From: Terriglobia bacterium
GTDB taxonomy: Bacteria > Acidobacteriota > Polarisedimenticolia > Polarisedimenticolales > JAIQFR01
Direction: 5' to 3'
Assembly (NCBI GenBank): GCA_963748015.1
Contig: CAVVHE010000004.1
Location: forward strand, 1,920,001-1,984,000
Length of the DNA stretch: 64,000 nucleotides
How positions within the stretch are numbered: position 1 is the stretch's first letter; each line of letters opens with the position of its first letter. The position numbers and the translations under genes were made by a program. The notes under the pieces are model-generated. The model did no database searches. It was not told the DNA's origin and saw only the letters and a program-made list of their open reading frames with translations. Of this stretch, positions 62,827-64,000 are shown in pieces.

Positions 62827-63339
62827 TTGAGGCTCTCGGAGGAGATCCTGATCGGCGAGGAGCGGATCCGCGAGCGGGTGGAGGCCCTGGCGCGCGCCAT
62901 CGCGGCGGACACGCCGGAGCGATCCGGGCTTTCGGTGCTGGCGCTTCTCGACGGGGCGTTCGTTTTCGCCTCGGACCTGGTGCGGCGCCTCCCGATGCCG
63001 GTCAAGCTCGCCCTCGTCCCGGTCCGATCCGTGGATCGCGGCGGCGACCCCTCGGCCATGGCTCTTCCGCCCGAGTTCCCCGTCGAGGGGGCGGACGTCC
63101 TGGTCGTCGAGGACATCCTGGACTCCGGGCGCACCCTCGCCGGGGTTCGCGACAACCTCCTCGCCCGAGGCCCCCGTCGGATCCGGATCGCCGTCCTGCT
63201 CGACAAGCCGGCCCGCCGGGTGGTCCCGGTCGCGGTGGACTACGTGGGCTTCACGGTGCCCGACGTCTGGTGGGTGGGCTACGGCCTGGACGCGGACGGC
63301 CTTTTCCGCAATCTCCCGTATCTCACCCGCACGGAGTGA
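62827..63339 (+). CDS. hpt: Hypoxanthine phosphoribosyltransferase
   Basis: VLVVEDILDSGRTL, LLDKPARR, VGYGLD...RNLPY; tilS-hpt-ftsH synteny; TTG start inferred. Confidence 0.9.
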   Translation: MRLSEEILIGEERIRERVEALARAIAADTPERSGLSVLALLDGAFVFASDLVRRLPMPVKLALVPVRSVDRGGDPSAMALPPEFPVEGADVLVVEDILDSGRTLAGVRDNLLARGPRRIRIAVLLDKPARRVVPVAVDYVGFTVPDVWWVGYGLDADGLFRNLPYLTRTE

Positions 63340-63411
63340 CTTCCGGCTCCCCGGGGGCCGTGGACTCGGGCGGGCCGGGGTCCCGGCGGCCGGGCCGGGG
63401 GCTCGAAGTTC

Positions 63412-63441
63412 TTGGCGCATCCGGACCTACTCCGATATATT
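63412..63441 (+). promoter_or_regulatory. Possible sigma-70 promoter of ftsH
   Basis: TTGGCG-N18-TATATT in an AT-rich patch. Confidence 0.4.
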
Positions 63442-63521
63442 GTTAAGAGTTCGGTGGGACGCGTTCGAAGCGTGCCGGGGGGGGGTGGTGCAGAAACCCC
63501 CCGGATGCGAGGAGCCGCGCG

Positions 63522-64000
63522 GTGAATTCACACTTGAAGACGATCGTGATCTGGCTCGTCGTGATCGCGGCCATCGTGATCGGCTACCAGGTCCTGAACG
63601 CGGCCGGGAGCCAGAAAGAGGCCCTCGACCAGTCGGACTTCTACGACCGCGTGTCCGCCGGAGACGTGAAGGAAGTCGTCATCACGGGCGACAGCATCGG
63701 CTACGAGATCCAGGGCAAGTTCAAGACGCCGAAGCCGGGCGCCCTCGGCCAGCCCGTCGCGGGATTCAAGACCTACGCCGTGAAGGACGAGAGCCTTCTC
63801 AAGATGCTCCGCGACAAGGGCGTCAAGGTCGAGGCCAAGAAGCCCAGCGACGGCTCGTTCCTGACGCTCCTCCTGACCTGGTCGCCGATGCTCCTGTTCC
63901 TCGGCGTGTGGATCTTCTTCATGCGGCAGATGCAGTCGGGCGGGAGCAAGGCCCTCTCGTTCGGCAAGTCGCGGGCCAAGCTCACCTCGTCGCAGGGCAA
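63522..64000 (+). CDS. ftsH: ATP-dependent zinc metalloprotease FtsH, N-terminal part (truncated by the window edge)
   Basis: Not in the ORF track; GTG 63522 with GAGGAG RBS; MNSHLKTIVIWLVVI...WIFFMRQMQSGGSKALSFGKSRAK. Confidence 0.95.
   Translation, partial: MNSHLKTIVIWLVVIAAIVIGYQVLNAAGSQKEALDQSDFYDRVSAGDVKEVVITGDSIGYEIQGKFKTPKPGALGQPVAGFKTYAVKDESLLKMLRDKGVKVEAKKPSDGSFLTLLLTWSPMLLFLGVWIFFMRQMQSGGSKALSFGKSRAKLTSSQG

Overview
High-GC bacterial chromosomal window. Gene content and style suggest Acidobacteriota or a similar diderm lineage (inference). I found no rRNA, tRNA, CRISPR array or transposase. From left to right it holds: a truncated TonB-dependent receptor and a secreted FN3 protein; an MMPL/RND + periplasmic binding protein + TPR lipoprotein trio arranged like the BstABC sterol transporter; ppk2; a fused AmmeMemoRadiSam B/A protein; heme O synthase with an ABC exporter; an alternative sigma-70; and an unusual cluster of HD protein, PrpD-family dehydratase, fungal-type single-chain homoaconitase, homoisocitrate-dehydrogenase-like enzyme, CitD-CitE fusion and CitF. 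Next come an ECF sigma/anti-sigma/DUF4252 cluster, pfkA, and a ~3955-aa secreted HExxH protein with a very large thrombospondin type-3 array built from near-identical 1794-bp repeats. The right part has a GT-C membrane protein, split eukaryote-like LKR and SDH saccharopine enzymes with an ADP-forming acyl-CoA synthetase, an RRM protein, a SWIM-SNF2 helicase, ppk1, a frameshifted sigma54-driven pilin, a small alarmone hydrolase, and tilS-hpt-ftsH. Top hypotheses: (1) a reversed alpha-aminoadipate route ending in a citrate-lyase-type homocitrate lyase; (2) a BstABC-like lipid export system; (3) a shared C-terminal domain on unrelated secreted proteins that may be a sorting signal; (4) a GTAG-core REP-like repeat family plus several MITE-like fold-back elements. 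All family calls come from motif recognition by eye; no database search was run.
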